DNA of 35,930 nucleotides from a virus (Duplodnaviria; Heunggongvirae; Uroviricota; Caudoviricetes): IMG/VR virus record IMGVR_UViG_2711768046_000005; one strand, 5' to 3'. Shown piece by piece: positions 8,752 to 17,923 of this stretch (position 1 is its first letter; each line of letters starts with the position of its first letter). The notes under the pieces were generated by a model. It saw only the letters and a program-made list of their open reading frames with translations, ran no database searches and was not told where the DNA came from. The position numbers and the translations under genes were made by a program.

Positions 8752-10086
8752 ATGTTTAGCTTAATCATGGCCGGAGAACCGGACGTTTTTGACCGCTGGC
8801 CGTGTATGGACCCTGAGCTTAAAGAAGGCAAGGAAAGCTTCTCGATGTCCCGCATGCTGGAAGGCACCCCAAGCAATATTTACAGAAAATTAACACCAAT
8901 AAGACCCGATACCTTAAGAGTACTCGCCAAGCTACCGGTGTTGTTCATGACCGAAATTTATACAAAAGATGATGAATATGATACAAACAAGTACATCAGG
9001 ATCAGGCTTGGGGAAATAAGAAATTTACGTAAAGATGGTGGCGATATTTTATTTTCTTTCAAGATTAATCATGATTTTGGAGAAATAACGAATCCCCAAA
9101 CGACATTATATAAAGAAACCCTAGGACTAGGATCTTTCGGGTTAAGTCGTACACATTGGGCAGTAAAAAATAAGGATTTGAATATTGTTCTGGAATTACT
9201 TGGTTTAAACAAAAAAAATAGCCATCTGAAAGGTACAATCAAATTAAAAAAACAAACATACCCAGTAGTCGAGAATATTATAGATTATCTTAATTTCATT
9301 AAGAAAAACTTTCGTGATGGTCTCATTACCTTCTATCGTGGACACTCTAAAAGCTCATATGAGCTTGTCCCCTCTCTTTACAGAAAAAATCAAAACGGGA
9401 CGTACAGGCATCTTGCTTCAGAATCTGATTTAGTACGTGAAATACTCAGCGCAAGACCAAATGAATTTAAGGAGGATAAATTTACGATTGATAAACTTGT
9501 CCGCATGCAGCATTATGGCTTGCCTACAAGACTCTTAGACATTACATCTAACCCACTGATAGCATTATATTTTGCTTGCTGTTCGAACCCCGATGAAAAC
9601 GGACAGGTGATTGCGTTTTCAACAAACAGAAAGAAAATTAAATATTTCGACTCAGACACAGTGAGCTGTATAGCAAACTTATCACTTTTATCTTACGAAG
9701 AGTTGGAAAAATTGTCTTCCATTGATGCCAGAAAAGGTAGTATGGAGTTACCTGAACTCACTGATAAACTTGCAGACCTTATACAGAATGAAAAATCATA
9801 TTTCAGAAACAGAATAATCCCTGATGACTTAAAGAAAGTTGTTTTCCTTAAGGCAAAAATAAATAATGAACGCATACAATCTCAGGCAGGAGCTTTTCTT
9901 CTGTTCGGACTTGATCCCATTTTACCGGAAACAGATGCTGAGTTTCCTCTTAACAGAGTGGAGATAGCGAACAAAAATAAAATTCTGGAAGAGCTGGCAC
10001 AGCTTAATATATCCGAAAGCACTGTATATCCCAGCATGGAGAAAACGGCAGCAGAAATTACAAAAAAGTTTTTATCGGTATCATAA
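8752..10086 (+). CDS. Cargo protein with C-terminal FRG-domain-like region; candidate single-gene anti-phage protein at the Z/fun position
   Basis: 444-aa ORF with AGGAG 6 nt upstream of the ATG. Strongly AT-rich relative to the flanking phage genes and on the opposite strand. Motifs FYRGHS (aa 194-199), QHYGLPTRLLDIT (aa 253-265) and QSQAGAFLLFG (aa 376-386) resemble the FRG domain signature as recalled. N-terminal 185 aa unassigned. Confidence 0.7.
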   Translation: MFSLIMAGEPDVFDRWPCMDPELKEGKESFSMSRMLEGTPSNIYRKLTPIRPDTLRVLAKLPVLFMTEIYTKDDEYDTNKYIRIRLGEIRNLRKDGGDILFSFKINHDFGEITNPQTTLYKETLGLGSFGLSRTHWAVKNKDLNIVLELLGLNKKNSHLKGTIKLKKQTYPVVENIIDYLNFIKKNFRDGLITFYRGHSKSSYELVPSLYRKNQNGTYRHLASESDLVREILSARPNEFKEDKFTIDKLVRMQHYGLPTRLLDITSNPLIALYFACCSNPDENGQVIAFSTNRKKIKYFDSDTVSCIANLSLLSYEELEKLSSIDARKGSMELPELTDKLADLIQNEKSYFRNRIIPDDLKKVVFLKAKINNERIQSQAGAFLLFGLDPILPETDAEFPLNRVEIANKNKILEELAQLNISESTVYPSMEKTAAEITKKFLSVS

Positions 10087-10222
10087 AGGGATAAACTAAA
10101 GGAAACGAAAACTAAGACTGCGCAGTCTTCAGGTGGAAGTACTCATCGGGAACGGTTTCAGGGGCAAAAACTGGAAGCTCCAATGGCCTTGAGCTGCTCC
10201 CTATAAATTAACATATCTCAAT

Positions 10223-10281
10223 GTTATCAATGTCTGCTTTTGGCACAGAGCGGACTGTCAGATTAGGCTTTACTCTGTGCC
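10223..10281. repeat. Right boundary repeat of cargo locus 1, with a 9-bp-stem hairpin (ggcacagag ... ctctgtgcc)
   Basis: gttatcaa-t-gtctgcttt direct match to the left boundary; gactgtcagat inverted match; local inverted repeat at 10242..10250 and 10273..10281. Confidence 0.5.
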
Positions 10282-10316
10282 ATAGATATGTAAGCTCACA
10301 CCAGAGCTCATGCAAC

Positions 10317-10844
10317 TTATTGCGGCATTTCCGGCCATTCAGGATTTGCAGGATCCACACGGCTGACCAGAACGCTGTAGCGTTCCCATGACTCCAGTCG
10401 TGCGCGCTCCTCATCCGTCGCCATATTCAGCCTGACGGCGCGTTCCAGCGGCTGGATAACTGATTCAGCTTCGGAAAGTAACGCGGCCTTTTGTGATTCG
10501 GCCTGTTGTTGCTGTTCGTCTGCCGTATAAATCCGCTTAATCACGGCACCATCCTTAAACATCCATTTACCTGAGTCATCAGCACGTCGGTTGGAGGTAA
10601 TATCAGGAACCTCGACAACGCTGAAACCTTCAGGGTTAAGCGTTGAAGCATCTCTGGTGATGCCGACAATTATATTATTCTCGTCGTAAACAATCTTTAT
10701 CGTGTCTTCCTGAAAATTACTTACTTCCTCATACCAGTTTTTTCCGTCCTCAGAGTAAAGCCAGATAACTCCGTGTTTCTTTGTTAACTCATACTGTTCC
10801 AGTGTTTTAGCGTTACCCGCTTTTATGTTCTTTAAGTGCATCAT
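10317..10844 (-). CDS. G: Tail fibre assembly protein G
   Basis: 175 aa, P2 gpG length, immediately downstream of H. Confidence 0.85.
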   Translation of the reverse strand: MMHLKNIKAGNAKTLEQYELTKKHGVIWLYSEDGKNWYEEVSNFQEDTIKIVYDENNIIVGITRDASTLNPEGFSVVEVPDITSNRRADDSGKWMFKDGAVIKRIYTADEQQQQAESQKAALLSEAESVIQPLERAVRLNMATDEERARLESWERYSVLVSRVDPANPEWPEMPQ

Positions 10845-10845
10845 A

Positions 10846-13020
10846 TTAAACGCTCGCTACATTATACCAGGTGCCATTTATATACTTTTGGACGGCTCTG
10901 TAATAAACACCCGCTATATTATCGGCAGAGTTGGAACCTGTATCCTGAACATTAATACCAGACAATACATGACCTGATGGGCACTGGAAATTCCATGTTT
11001 GCCAGTTGTTCACTCCATAATATTGCTGTGAACCAAGTCGAACATCTTTCACATATCTGGAATCAAAATTGCCATAGTTGCCGGGAATAACTTGCGAACC
11101 ACAAAGCCAGTTACCGTTATTATCCATGTATGCCTGACCATCGGTGCCATTGGCTGTCCTTGAGTTATTAATCATGTAGATGCCAAATTGCTTATTTCCC
11201 AGACCGCCAATCATAAATTTGCGGTCGGCATGGTCCTGACGGAGCAAAGCCTGAGCACCATCAGTGGATACCGCATTACGTCCAAAAATAACATTCTGGT
11301 CACGCATATGAATCCACATGCCTGTGCTGCTGTTAATTGCAAGGCGGTTTGCGTACACCCATGCGTTAGTTGTTATATCTCCTGTAACATCCAGAGCGTG
11401 CCCCATAGTTATGCGACCAGTTCTGAGATTCAACGAAAAGGGGCGTAGTGGCCCGATATCACCATTTTCCCCCTCATTCTCTCGTGTGGGGATAATATGC
11501 AGGCATTCTTCAGAACGGCGAAAAATAGCACCAAAGGATGAATTAAAGATTCTCAGTGCATTGACTGTCGATATTTTTACTTCACTGCTGAAAAGGGCTT
11601 TAACAAGGACAGACAAAGCATCCCATTTAAGATTCATCAGGTCTTTTGTTGTGGTGCCCTGACGGCTTCTCCATTTGAAATATTCATTGCCGTTGTCGCC
11701 TGTTTCAAACCACATGTATGAATCAGTGTCACCATCGGCATCATTTTTAAATCCAATCTTCGCCCAGTCAGTATTTCGAATCCAGGCAAGGATTGAGTCG
11801 TTTTCAAAAGTAAGTCCACCGGACAAGGTATCGCCATTTTTTTGCACGGCGTTCCCGGCTCGGTTTACCGTTTCCTGTAAACCGAGATATTCGATAACGG
11901 CGGCAACGGTCGATTTAGCCAGAATATCCCGCCCGACTTTTGTCAGGGTCGCCAGGCTGGCAACATCATTCCCCGTAAAATACGGAAACCTGTCTGCCGC
12001 AGTAGCAAGCCCCGCCAGCGCCGTCAAAGTGGCATCTTTCGGTTGCTTACCCGCAAGCGCATTAGTCATGGTGGTAGCAAAATTCGGGTCATTGCCCAGC
12101 GCCGCCGCCAGCTCGTTCAGCGTATTCAGTGCGTCAGGCGACGAGTCTACAAGGGCGGCAATCGCGGCCATAACGAAAGCCGTGTTTGCGATCTGAGTAT
12201 TATTCGTTCCCTGTCGCGCAGTTGGCGTCGTTGGCGTTCCGGTCAGTGCAGGGCTGTTTAATGGCGCTTTCTTGTTCGTTTCATCCATTACCGTCTTAAC
12301 GGCTTTTGGTGTTGCGGCGAGCGTTTCAGACATGCTGTTGGTCGCACTACTTAGCTGGACAAGACCTTTTCGCGCTGTGGTAGCGTCCTGTGCGGTATAT
12401 TTCCCGTTAGCAAGGTCATATGCGGCCTTAACCGCTTTCGGCGTTGCGGCCAGTGTTTCAGACGTGCTGTTGGTCGCATTGCTTAACTGAGTAAAACCTT
12501 TTGCGGTCAGCGAGGCGTCCGGGTGACGTCGTGACTGTTCATGCTCTGCAATTTTGCCATCAACGTAATCCTGCGTCGCCATCACCGTTGTGGTGTCAAT
12601 GGTCAGCTCCACTGAGGCCACACTGCTGACGATGATGACCATGCGGCAGGTCTGCGAACGCCCTGAGCCTTCGGCAAGGGTAGGTTTATAACTTTCGGCC
12701 ATGTTCGCCACGGCAATTAACGTTCCCGCATCATCGTACAGGCCAAGCTCTCGCATCCAGAAACCGCCCACCTCCGGCGGAATAACCAGCTCTGCGATAA
12801 TATAATTACTGTTTCGTTTGTCCTGGCTGATTTTGTTCAGCGCATGTCGCCAGACTTCGTGGATAAGCCCGGTCTGTCCGGCATCCGGGACAGGCAATTT
12901 ACCACCGCCATCCCCGACGGCCATCGTGGTAATGTTGACCTTCCGCCCTCCCGGTGCGGTTGCCGCTGCCAGCTTTGCTGCACCGGCAGTGGTGATAACG
13001 GTTTTGAATTTTGTGCTCAT
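10846..13020 (-). CDS. H: Tail fibre protein H (longer C-terminal region than the 669 aa I recall for P2)
   Basis: 724 aa. N-terminus is P2 gpH-like, with repeated [21 protein letters not shown] motifs. The C-terminal part is Gly/Asn/Tyr-rich as in receptor-binding tips. Confidence 0.85.
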   Translation of the reverse strand: MSTKFKTVITTAGAAKLAAATAPGGRKVNITTMAVGDGGGKLPVPDAGQTGLIHEVWRHALNKISQDKRNSNYIIAELVIPPEVGGFWMRELGLYDDAGTLIAVANMAESYKPTLAEGSGRSQTCRMVIIVSSVASVELTIDTTTVMATQDYVDGKIAEHEQSRRHPDASLTAKGFTQLSNATNSTSETLAATPKAVKAAYDLANGKYTAQDATTARKGLVQLSSATNSMSETLAATPKAVKTVMDETNKKAPLNSPALTGTPTTPTARQGTNNTQIANTAFVMAAIAALVDSSPDALNTLNELAAALGNDPNFATTMTNALAGKQPKDATLTALAGLATAADRFPYFTGNDVASLATLTKVGRDILAKSTVAAVIEYLGLQETVNRAGNAVQKNGDTLSGGLTFENDSILAWIRNTDWAKIGFKNDADGDTDSYMWFETGDNGNEYFKWRSRQGTTTKDLMNLKWDALSVLVKALFSSEVKISTVNALRIFNSSFGAIFRRSEECLHIIPTRENEGENGDIGPLRPFSLNLRTGRITMGHALDVTGDITTNAWVYANRLAINSSTGMWIHMRDQNVIFGRNAVSTDGAQALLRQDHADRKFMIGGLGNKQFGIYMINNSRTANGTDGQAYMDNNGNWLCGSQVIPGNYGNFDSRYVKDVRLGSQQYYGVNNWQTWNFQCPSGHVLSGINVQDTGSNSADNIAGVYYRAVQKYINGTWYNVASV
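12295..12489. repeat. Two imperfect ~63-bp direct repeats inside H (12295..12357 and 12427..12489)
   Basis: cttaacggcttttggtgttgcggcgagcgtttcagacatgctgttggtcgcac... recurs 132 bp later with a few substitutions. Encodes the repeated tail-fibre peptide motif. Confidence 0.7.
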
Positions 13021-13030
13021 TATTCCTCAC

Positions 13031-13561
13031 TTATCCGGGGTAAACCGTAATTACATCGCCGTCATAAGCCACACCACCGACGAACAGGTAGCCGGGAATG
13101 TCCCGGGTAATGTTCAGGCCAATAAGGTGGCGGCTTGCAGGTTTGGCATCAGCAATCAGCCGTTCCATTTCCTGATACATTGCCTCTGTGATACCGCTTT
13201 CCAGTACACCAATATCAAGCCGGAAGGTGCCGGGCGGGTCACTGTTTTCCCACCACTCCGTCACGTTGATGAGATAGCCGAGCGGCTCCACCACACGCCG
13301 GATTGCACCTATCGTGCCCTTATGACAGTGGATGAAATAGGCATCGCGGATAACGGCGCGTTTGGTCGCTTCCGGCCACTTTTCATCCCATCTGTCGACC
13401 GAAAACGCCCACGCCAGCCACGGCAGCAGATTTGCCGGGCAGGTGTCCGGGTTCCACAGCTCACGAATACTGACCGGCGTTTTTTCAATTTCCGCACAGG
13501 CTTTTGCAGCGGCGACTTCAAGCGGTGATGAGCCGGTCGGCAGCAGGCGCGAATCACTCAT
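13031..13561 (-). CDS. I: Baseplate protein I
   Basis: 176 aa, P2 gpI length and position. Overlaps the J stop. Confidence 0.85.
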   Translation of the reverse strand: MSDSRLLPTGSSPLEVAAAKACAEIEKTPVSIRELWNPDTCPANLLPWLAWAFSVDRWDEKWPEATKRAVIRDAYFIHCHKGTIGAIRRVVEPLGYLINVTEWWENSDPPGTFRLDIGVLESGITEAMYQEMERLIADAKPASRHLIGLNITRDIPGYLFVGGVAYDGDVITVYPG

Positions 13562-14462
13562 CCGAGCCTCCGGTCACGACGCGGTATTCGGTACAGAAAG
13601 ACGCCTGCGTACTGTTGAGCACGATGTCGGCCAGCGGTGCAGCCAGTTCGACACGCTGCACGCCTTCCACATGCAAAGCGGCATAAATGGCAGATAGTCG
13701 GATGTCGCGCCCCAGCCGGTGCTGTGCCGTGATATACGCTTCCAGTTTTTTCACGGCGGCAGCGCGAATGGGTTCGCTTTCGGGGCCAGGGTAAAGGTAA
13801 AGCGTGGCATTTATCTGGTATTCAACGATGGCGGCAGACTGCACGGTCACACGGTCGGCCACCGGTCTGACGTCCTCGCCATTCAGGGCGTTGCGCACCA
13901 CAGCCAGCAGGTCTTCAGATGCCACACCGTTATTTTCACGTGACAGCACAGAGATGGTGACACAGGCCGGAGACGGACTGGTGACAGAGATATCCGCGAC
14001 ACGCCCGTCGGCACTGCGACCATGATACTGATAGGCACCCACCGACCCGGCAACGCTTAAACCTTCAAACGCCTGCTGAATACGCAGACGATAATCGGTG
14101 TCAGACTCCATCACTGCCGGTGTCGGCGGGATGGTCGAATCATCTGCCGGGGTGATAGTCAGGCGTGTGGTGTTGTAATTGGCACCAATCACATCAAGGT
14201 CATTACCGGCAGCACAGGCCAGCATCACCGCCCGTGCGGCCTCATTCACACGCTGACGCCAGATAAGCTCACGATAAGCATTTTCCTCCAGCAGTTTGAC
14301 GAGAGGTTCGGATTCCAGCGTCAGGGTACGGGCGACCGCCTCCTGCTGGTCTTCCGGGTAAAGGGAAATTAGTGTCGCCTTGCGTTCGGCAAGAATGGTT
14401 TCAAAGTCCAGCTCCTCGACCACATCCGGTGCGGGTAGCTGGTTCAGGTCGATAATCGGCAT
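13554..14462 (-). CDS. J: Baseplate protein J
   Basis: 302 aa, P2 gpJ length and position. Confidence 0.85.
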   Translation of the reverse strand: MPIIDLNQLPAPDVVEELDFETILAERKATLISLYPEDQQEAVARTLTLESEPLVKLLEENAYRELIWRQRVNEAARAVMLACAAGNDLDVIGANYNTTRLTITPADDSTIPPTPAVMESDTDYRLRIQQAFEGLSVAGSVGAYQYHGRSADGRVADISVTSPSPACVTISVLSRENNGVASEDLLAVVRNALNGEDVRPVADRVTVQSAAIVEYQINATLYLYPGPESEPIRAAAVKKLEAYITAQHRLGRDIRLSAIYAALHVEGVQRVELAAPLADIVLNSTQASFCTEYRVVTGGSDE

Positions 14463-14466
14463 GGTT

Positions 14467-14814
14467 TCAACTCACAGGGATGGTTAACGAAAGTGGCTGG
14501 CCGGTGTCGTTGTGCTGGCCGGTTAACGTGACCGTCATTCGCCCGTCAAAACCGCGCTCAGTGGTGACGGATGACAGGGTGACGCGGGGTTCCCATTTCA
14601 GCACAGCCATGTAACAGGCGACCTTAATCTGCAACTCAAGCGCCGGGGTCTGCGGCTGGTCAATCATTGATGCCAGCAACGAGCCGTAATCACGACGCAT
14701 CACCCGTGAGCCGACCGGTGTACGCAGGATATCGCCGATACTCTGGCTGATATGCTCAAGGTCAGTGACAGTCAGGCCATCACTGCGATTCATTCCGAGA
14801 TAACGCGCTGTCAT
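14467..14814 (-). CDS. W: Baseplate protein W
   Basis: 115 aa, P2 gpW length and position. Confidence 0.85.
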   Translation of the reverse strand: MTARYLGMNRSDGLTVTDLEHISQSIGDILRTPVGSRVMRRDYGSLLASMIDQPQTPALELQIKVACYMAVLKWEPRVTLSSVTTERGFDGRMTVTLTGQHNDTGQPLSLTIPVS

Positions 14815-15446
14815 AAAGGACTCCCGGTTGTGCCGCCGCTGTCGCCGGGGTGTTTATGGGTATGCAGTACCTTACCGTTTGATGAGAGTTCACCGCCGGT
14901 ATGTTCAATGTTGCCGCGCATCGTCCCGCCCTTCTGCACTTCCAGCGTGCCGGTAATCAGCCTGTTGGTGCAGACCACCTCCGGTGTGTCCAGGGTGACG
15001 CGGGTTGATGCTTTCACCATGACCACCGGCACCGTGGCAGTAACAGAATCAGAGGCCGTCACGCTGGCCGTTTTAATTCCGCTTACCGTAAGTGCACTGG
15101 TTTCGGGTTCATATTCAATCACCGCCCCGTCAGGGAAACGGATATGCAGGGCATCCGCCGACGCAGACGGCGCGGGGTTATCGCCGGAATAAATCCCCGG
15201 CAGAACGAACGCCGTGTCGAGTTCACCGCCCACGGCCAGAATCAGCACCTGTTCCCCCACGGAAGGTGCCCACCATGTGCGCGAACGCCCGGCGCGATGG
15301 GTCAGCCACTGAAGCCAGTCGGTGCACATGCCGCCGGTCTGCACACGGCAGCGACCGGCGTTAAGGTCGGTTTCGACGACAATGCCGGTGCGTATCATGT
15401 TGCGCAGTGCGCGCGCGAGTTCCTGAATATTTGATAATGTGCTCAT
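14811..15446 (-). CDS. V: Baseplate spike protein V
   Basis: 211 aa from the internal ATG (MSTLSNIQELARAL...), matching P2 gpV length. The longer ORF in the track begins with a TTG and is probably not used. Confidence 0.8.
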   Translation of the reverse strand: MSTLSNIQELARALRNMIRTGIVVETDLNAGRCRVQTGGMCTDWLQWLTHRAGRSRTWWAPSVGEQVLILAVGGELDTAFVLPGIYSGDNPAPSASADALHIRFPDGAVIEYEPETSALTVSGIKTASVTASDSVTATVPVVMVKASTRVTLDTPEVVCTNRLITGTLEVQKGGTMRGNIEHTGGELSSNGKVLHTHKHPGDSGGTTGSPL

Positions 15447-15492
15447 ACGGCAATAATGAGAGATATATACTCGATAAACCATTACAACCCGT

Positions 15493-15510
15493 TGTATCAT
15501 TTTTGGCACA
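15493..15510. promoter_or_regulatory. Perfect TGT-N12-ACA dyad (candidate Ogr-dependent late promoter element, P_V)
   Basis: tgtatcatttttggcaca. P2 late promoters carry a TGT-N12-ACA element centred near -55. Here the centre is only about 55 bp from the V ATG, which would imply a near-leaderless V mRNA. Confidence 0.3.
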
Positions 15511-15529
15511 ATCAAGAAGGAACTGAAGT

Positions 15530-16273
15530 ATGGATAAATATCAAATCTGGGAAAATCAAAAAGACACCATCGCCCACCAAGAGTATTTAAAAATCTCCGA
15601 CACCAATTTACTTGGACATATGCATATTGCCAATTACGAAGTTGCCCAACATGAATTAAGCAAATTCAACTCCCCTGACATTGTTTCCCGTCATTCATTT
15701 AACAGAGACAAATTTAAAAAAGAACATTTAAACATATCAAGACACCTTTTCAATTATATATCTTCAGCATTATCATTTAGAGATTCAACGCGCAACCTAC
15801 TTAAAACAAAAGCATTAAATATTGCCGACATTAAAATCAAATCAGAGGCATTCATCAATCATGAATTCCGAAATAATCCAGTAATAAAATTAATGGAGGA
15901 CTTAAGAAACATCCTGACGCATCAAAACATGATCGCCCCATCAATATCATCATTCATGCACCTCCAAAGAAATATAAACATGCACGGCTTTTCATTTAAG
16001 ATTGAAAGAATCTTAAACAATGACAGAACCACCAAACAAACAAAAGAATATTTAATCTCACTAAAGCAAAAAAACTTATTCATTTTACCGATAATAGAAG
16101 AATACCAATACACGACTCTTAAGTATCAACACTGGCTTTTAGCAAGTATCTACACTGTTCATCAAGATACTTACCAAGAATACTGGAATGCGAGAAAAAA
16201 CATCATGAACGAATGGGGAGGAGACACTCAGCTAATACCTAAAGAGAGTGAGCTCACTTATTTAACCAGATAA
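15530..16273 (+). CDS. Cargo protein with HEPN-like Rx4H motif; candidate abortive-infection RNase at the orf30 position
   Basis: 247-aa ORF, very AT-rich and antisense to the late operons. AAGGA ribosome-binding site upstream. Motif R126-N-I-L-T-H131 (nt 15905..15922) fits the HEPN R-x4-6-H signature. No other recognisable motifs. Confidence 0.65.
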   Translation: MDKYQIWENQKDTIAHQEYLKISDTNLLGHMHIANYEVAQHELSKFNSPDIVSRHSFNRDKFKKEHLNISRHLFNYISSALSFRDSTRNLLKTKALNIADIKIKSEAFINHEFRNNPVIKLMEDLRNILTHQNMIAPSISSFMHLQRNINMHGFSFKIERILNNDRTTKQTKEYLISLKQKNLFILPIIEEYQYTTLKYQHWLLASIYTVHQDTYQEYWNARKNIMNEWGGDTQLIPKESELTYLTR

Positions 16274-16296
16274 CAACCTGGTCAGTTCGCAAACGG

Positions 16297-16327
16297 AAAA
16301 AACTGGCCGCGACATTTTATCGCGGCC
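16297..16327 (-). terminator. Intrinsic terminator of the O-to-S late operon
   Basis: ggccgcga / 7-nt loop / tcgcggcc, followed on the minus strand by a 6-nt U run, about 150 bp past the S stop. Confidence 0.55.
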
Positions 16328-16477
16328 TTAAACATTCAAACGATCACCATTGATGAATCCTTATGCCCCAATCGACTGTATATTTTCAAGTGGCAATTAA
16401 AACTTATCCGACGAAAATACAAAGAGTGTTATACAACAATCAACAACTCAGCAATAAAGCGTAAAAAAATTGCACAA

Positions 16478-16930
16478 CTAACGATCGAGGTGAGCCAGGA
16501 TAATCTCTTCAATCATCTGCACATCCTTACCGGTAAAGCCGAGCAAAGGACGCGCCGGATAATCAATTTTCTTACCGTCTTTCCGGTTTTCTTCCGACAG
16601 ACCAAACTGATGCACACTGGCGATTTTCGGCGACTTCCCGCCGTAAAATTCCATTGATGCCTGCTCCGGGCTGGCACGGATATGCAAAAAACGACTGGTA
16701 ATAAGTTTCGCAAACATTTTTCGCTTAACGCGACCGGTCTTTTTTCTGACGCTCTGCTGCTGGCGTGGCGCGTAGGGTGTGCCGTCCGGGGCTTTCTGAG
16801 CCATCACCCGACGCTGCTGACTCTGCCGCAGACGTTTCGCCAGTTCGGCACTCAGTCGCCGACGCCCTGACGGTGACAGCGACTCAATCAGTCCGGTCAG
16901 CCGGTCTTCAAAACGCTTGAACTCATTCAT
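16478..16930 (-). CDS. S: Tail completion protein S
   Basis: 150 aa, P2 gpS length and position. Confidence 0.85.
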   Translation of the reverse strand: MNEFKRFEDRLTGLIESLSPSGRRRLSAELAKRLRQSQQRRVMAQKAPDGTPYAPRQQQSVRKKTGRVKRKMFAKLITSRFLHIRASPEQASMEFYGGKSPKIASVHQFGLSEENRKDGKKIDYPARPLLGFTGKDVQMIEEIILAHLDR

Positions 16931-17390
16931 CCCACTTGCTCACCAGTTCGCCATTGATATAAAGCTCCATCGGGCGGGTGACCGGCTCCGGCGGCGTGGG
17001 TTCCGGGATATTCTTCACATGCAGCGCGCCGTCCACCTCACTGACCAGCGTGCGCTCGGTCAGCATCAGGCTGATGCTGATATCAAAGCTGCTGTCATTG
17101 TTGATGTCTGCATAAAACGTGAAGCCCTTTTTCTGGCCTTCGTCAGTGGTCATGATGTCGGGCTGATTTTCCCGCAGCCACGCCAGCACCGGCACGATGA
17201 GCAGGTCAAAATCACCGGTAAAGTCGGTCACAATGACATTGAGCGTGTAACGCTTTTCGAATGACAGCGACGTCGCCAGTGTGGAGGCAATACTCCCGTT
17301 ATCCACGAATATCCGCAGCATATCGGGGTTAGTTTTCAGTACCGTGACGGCATCAGTCAGCGCCCTGCGCAGGCTGTCGGGTTTGAGCAT
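16923..17390 (-). CDS. R: Tail completion protein R
   Basis: 155 aa, P2 gpR length and position. Confidence 0.85.
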   Translation of the reverse strand: MLKPDSLRRALTDAVTVLKTNPDMLRIFVDNGSIASTLATSLSFEKRYTLNVIVTDFTGDFDLLIVPVLAWLRENQPDIMTTDEGQKKGFTFYADINNDSSFDISISLMLTERTLVSEVDGALHVKNIPEPTPPEPVTRPMELYINGELVSKWDE

Positions 17391-17643
17391 CGTTTTCGTC
17401 CTGACAGTGTTTAATCATTTTTACCTGGCTGGCACAGCGTGCCAGCGCGTTCTCAAGCTGCCGGATATCGGCACTTAAATCGCCGTTCTTCTGCGGGTCA
17501 CTGCCCGGCATCGGGCAAAGGCTCACTTTCGGGCAGGCGTTGTGGACAATCACTGGCGTCGGTGCAGGCGGGGCGCTGGTGCAACCGGCGCACAGCATCA
17601 GGCAGGTCAGCACCGTACCAGCGGCGAAAATCTTCGTTTTCAT
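17353..17643 (-). CDS. lysC: LysC (Rz1-like outer-membrane spanin lipoprotein)
   Basis: 96 aa from the internal ATG, MKTKIFAAGTVLTCLMLCAGC, with an LCAGC lipobox. Pro-rich. Overlaps lysB in another frame as in P2. Confidence 0.7.
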   Translation of the reverse strand: MKTKIFAAGTVLTCLMLCAGCTSAPPAPTPVIVHNACPKVSLCPMPGSDPQKNGDLSADIRQLENALARCASQVKMIKHCQDENDAQTRQPAQGAD

Positions 17644-17923
17644 TAAGTAACCTCGTGATGGTTTTCTCGCGCTGTGCTTCACGCTTCGCGGCGTTCTCCA
17701 GTTCCTGACGCAGTGCCACCTGCGCCATCTCGTTTTTGTCTGCCCTGGTGAGGGCAACATGAAGCTGATTTTTCAGCATGGTGATGGTCGTCTGCTGTTC
17801 ACTGGCGACGTTGTTCGCCCTGTCCAGCGAGGCGCGCAGGCTGGCATTTTTATGTTTCACCAGAAACAGACCGGCCACCGCCAGCGATAACAACACGAAC
17901 AGCACAGTCATCAGCTTTGACAT
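17498..17923 (-). CDS. lysB: LysB (Rz-like inner-membrane spanin)
   Basis: 141 aa with an N-terminal transmembrane helix and coiled-coil periplasmic part. P2 LysB length. Confidence 0.8.
   Translation of the reverse strand: MSKLMTVLFVLLSLAVAGLFLVKHKNASLRASLDRANNVASEQQTTITMLKNQLHVALTRADKNEMAQVALRQELENAAKREAQREKTITRLLNENEDFRRWYGADLPDAVRRLHQRPACTDASDCPQRLPESEPLPDAGQ

Noticed and set aside
10114-10129. Hairpin aagactg-cg-cagtctt just after the cargo gene 1 stop, as a terminator
   Set aside because: Perfect 7-bp stem but no downstream U-tract, so not called as an intrinsic terminator. It may still be a processing or protein-binding site.
10208-10414. 68-aa minus-strand ORF in the right flank of cargo locus 1
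   Set aside because: Overlaps the 3' end of G in another frame and spans the boundary hairpin. No ribosome-binding site.
14811-15515. Longer versions of V, and likewise of O, P, L, X, ogr, A and lysC, as given in the ORF track
   Set aside because: The extended starts add N-terminal residues absent from the P2 proteins, and at least the V extension begins with a non-ATG codon (TTG). Internal ATG starts reproduce the exact P2 protein lengths, so I used those.
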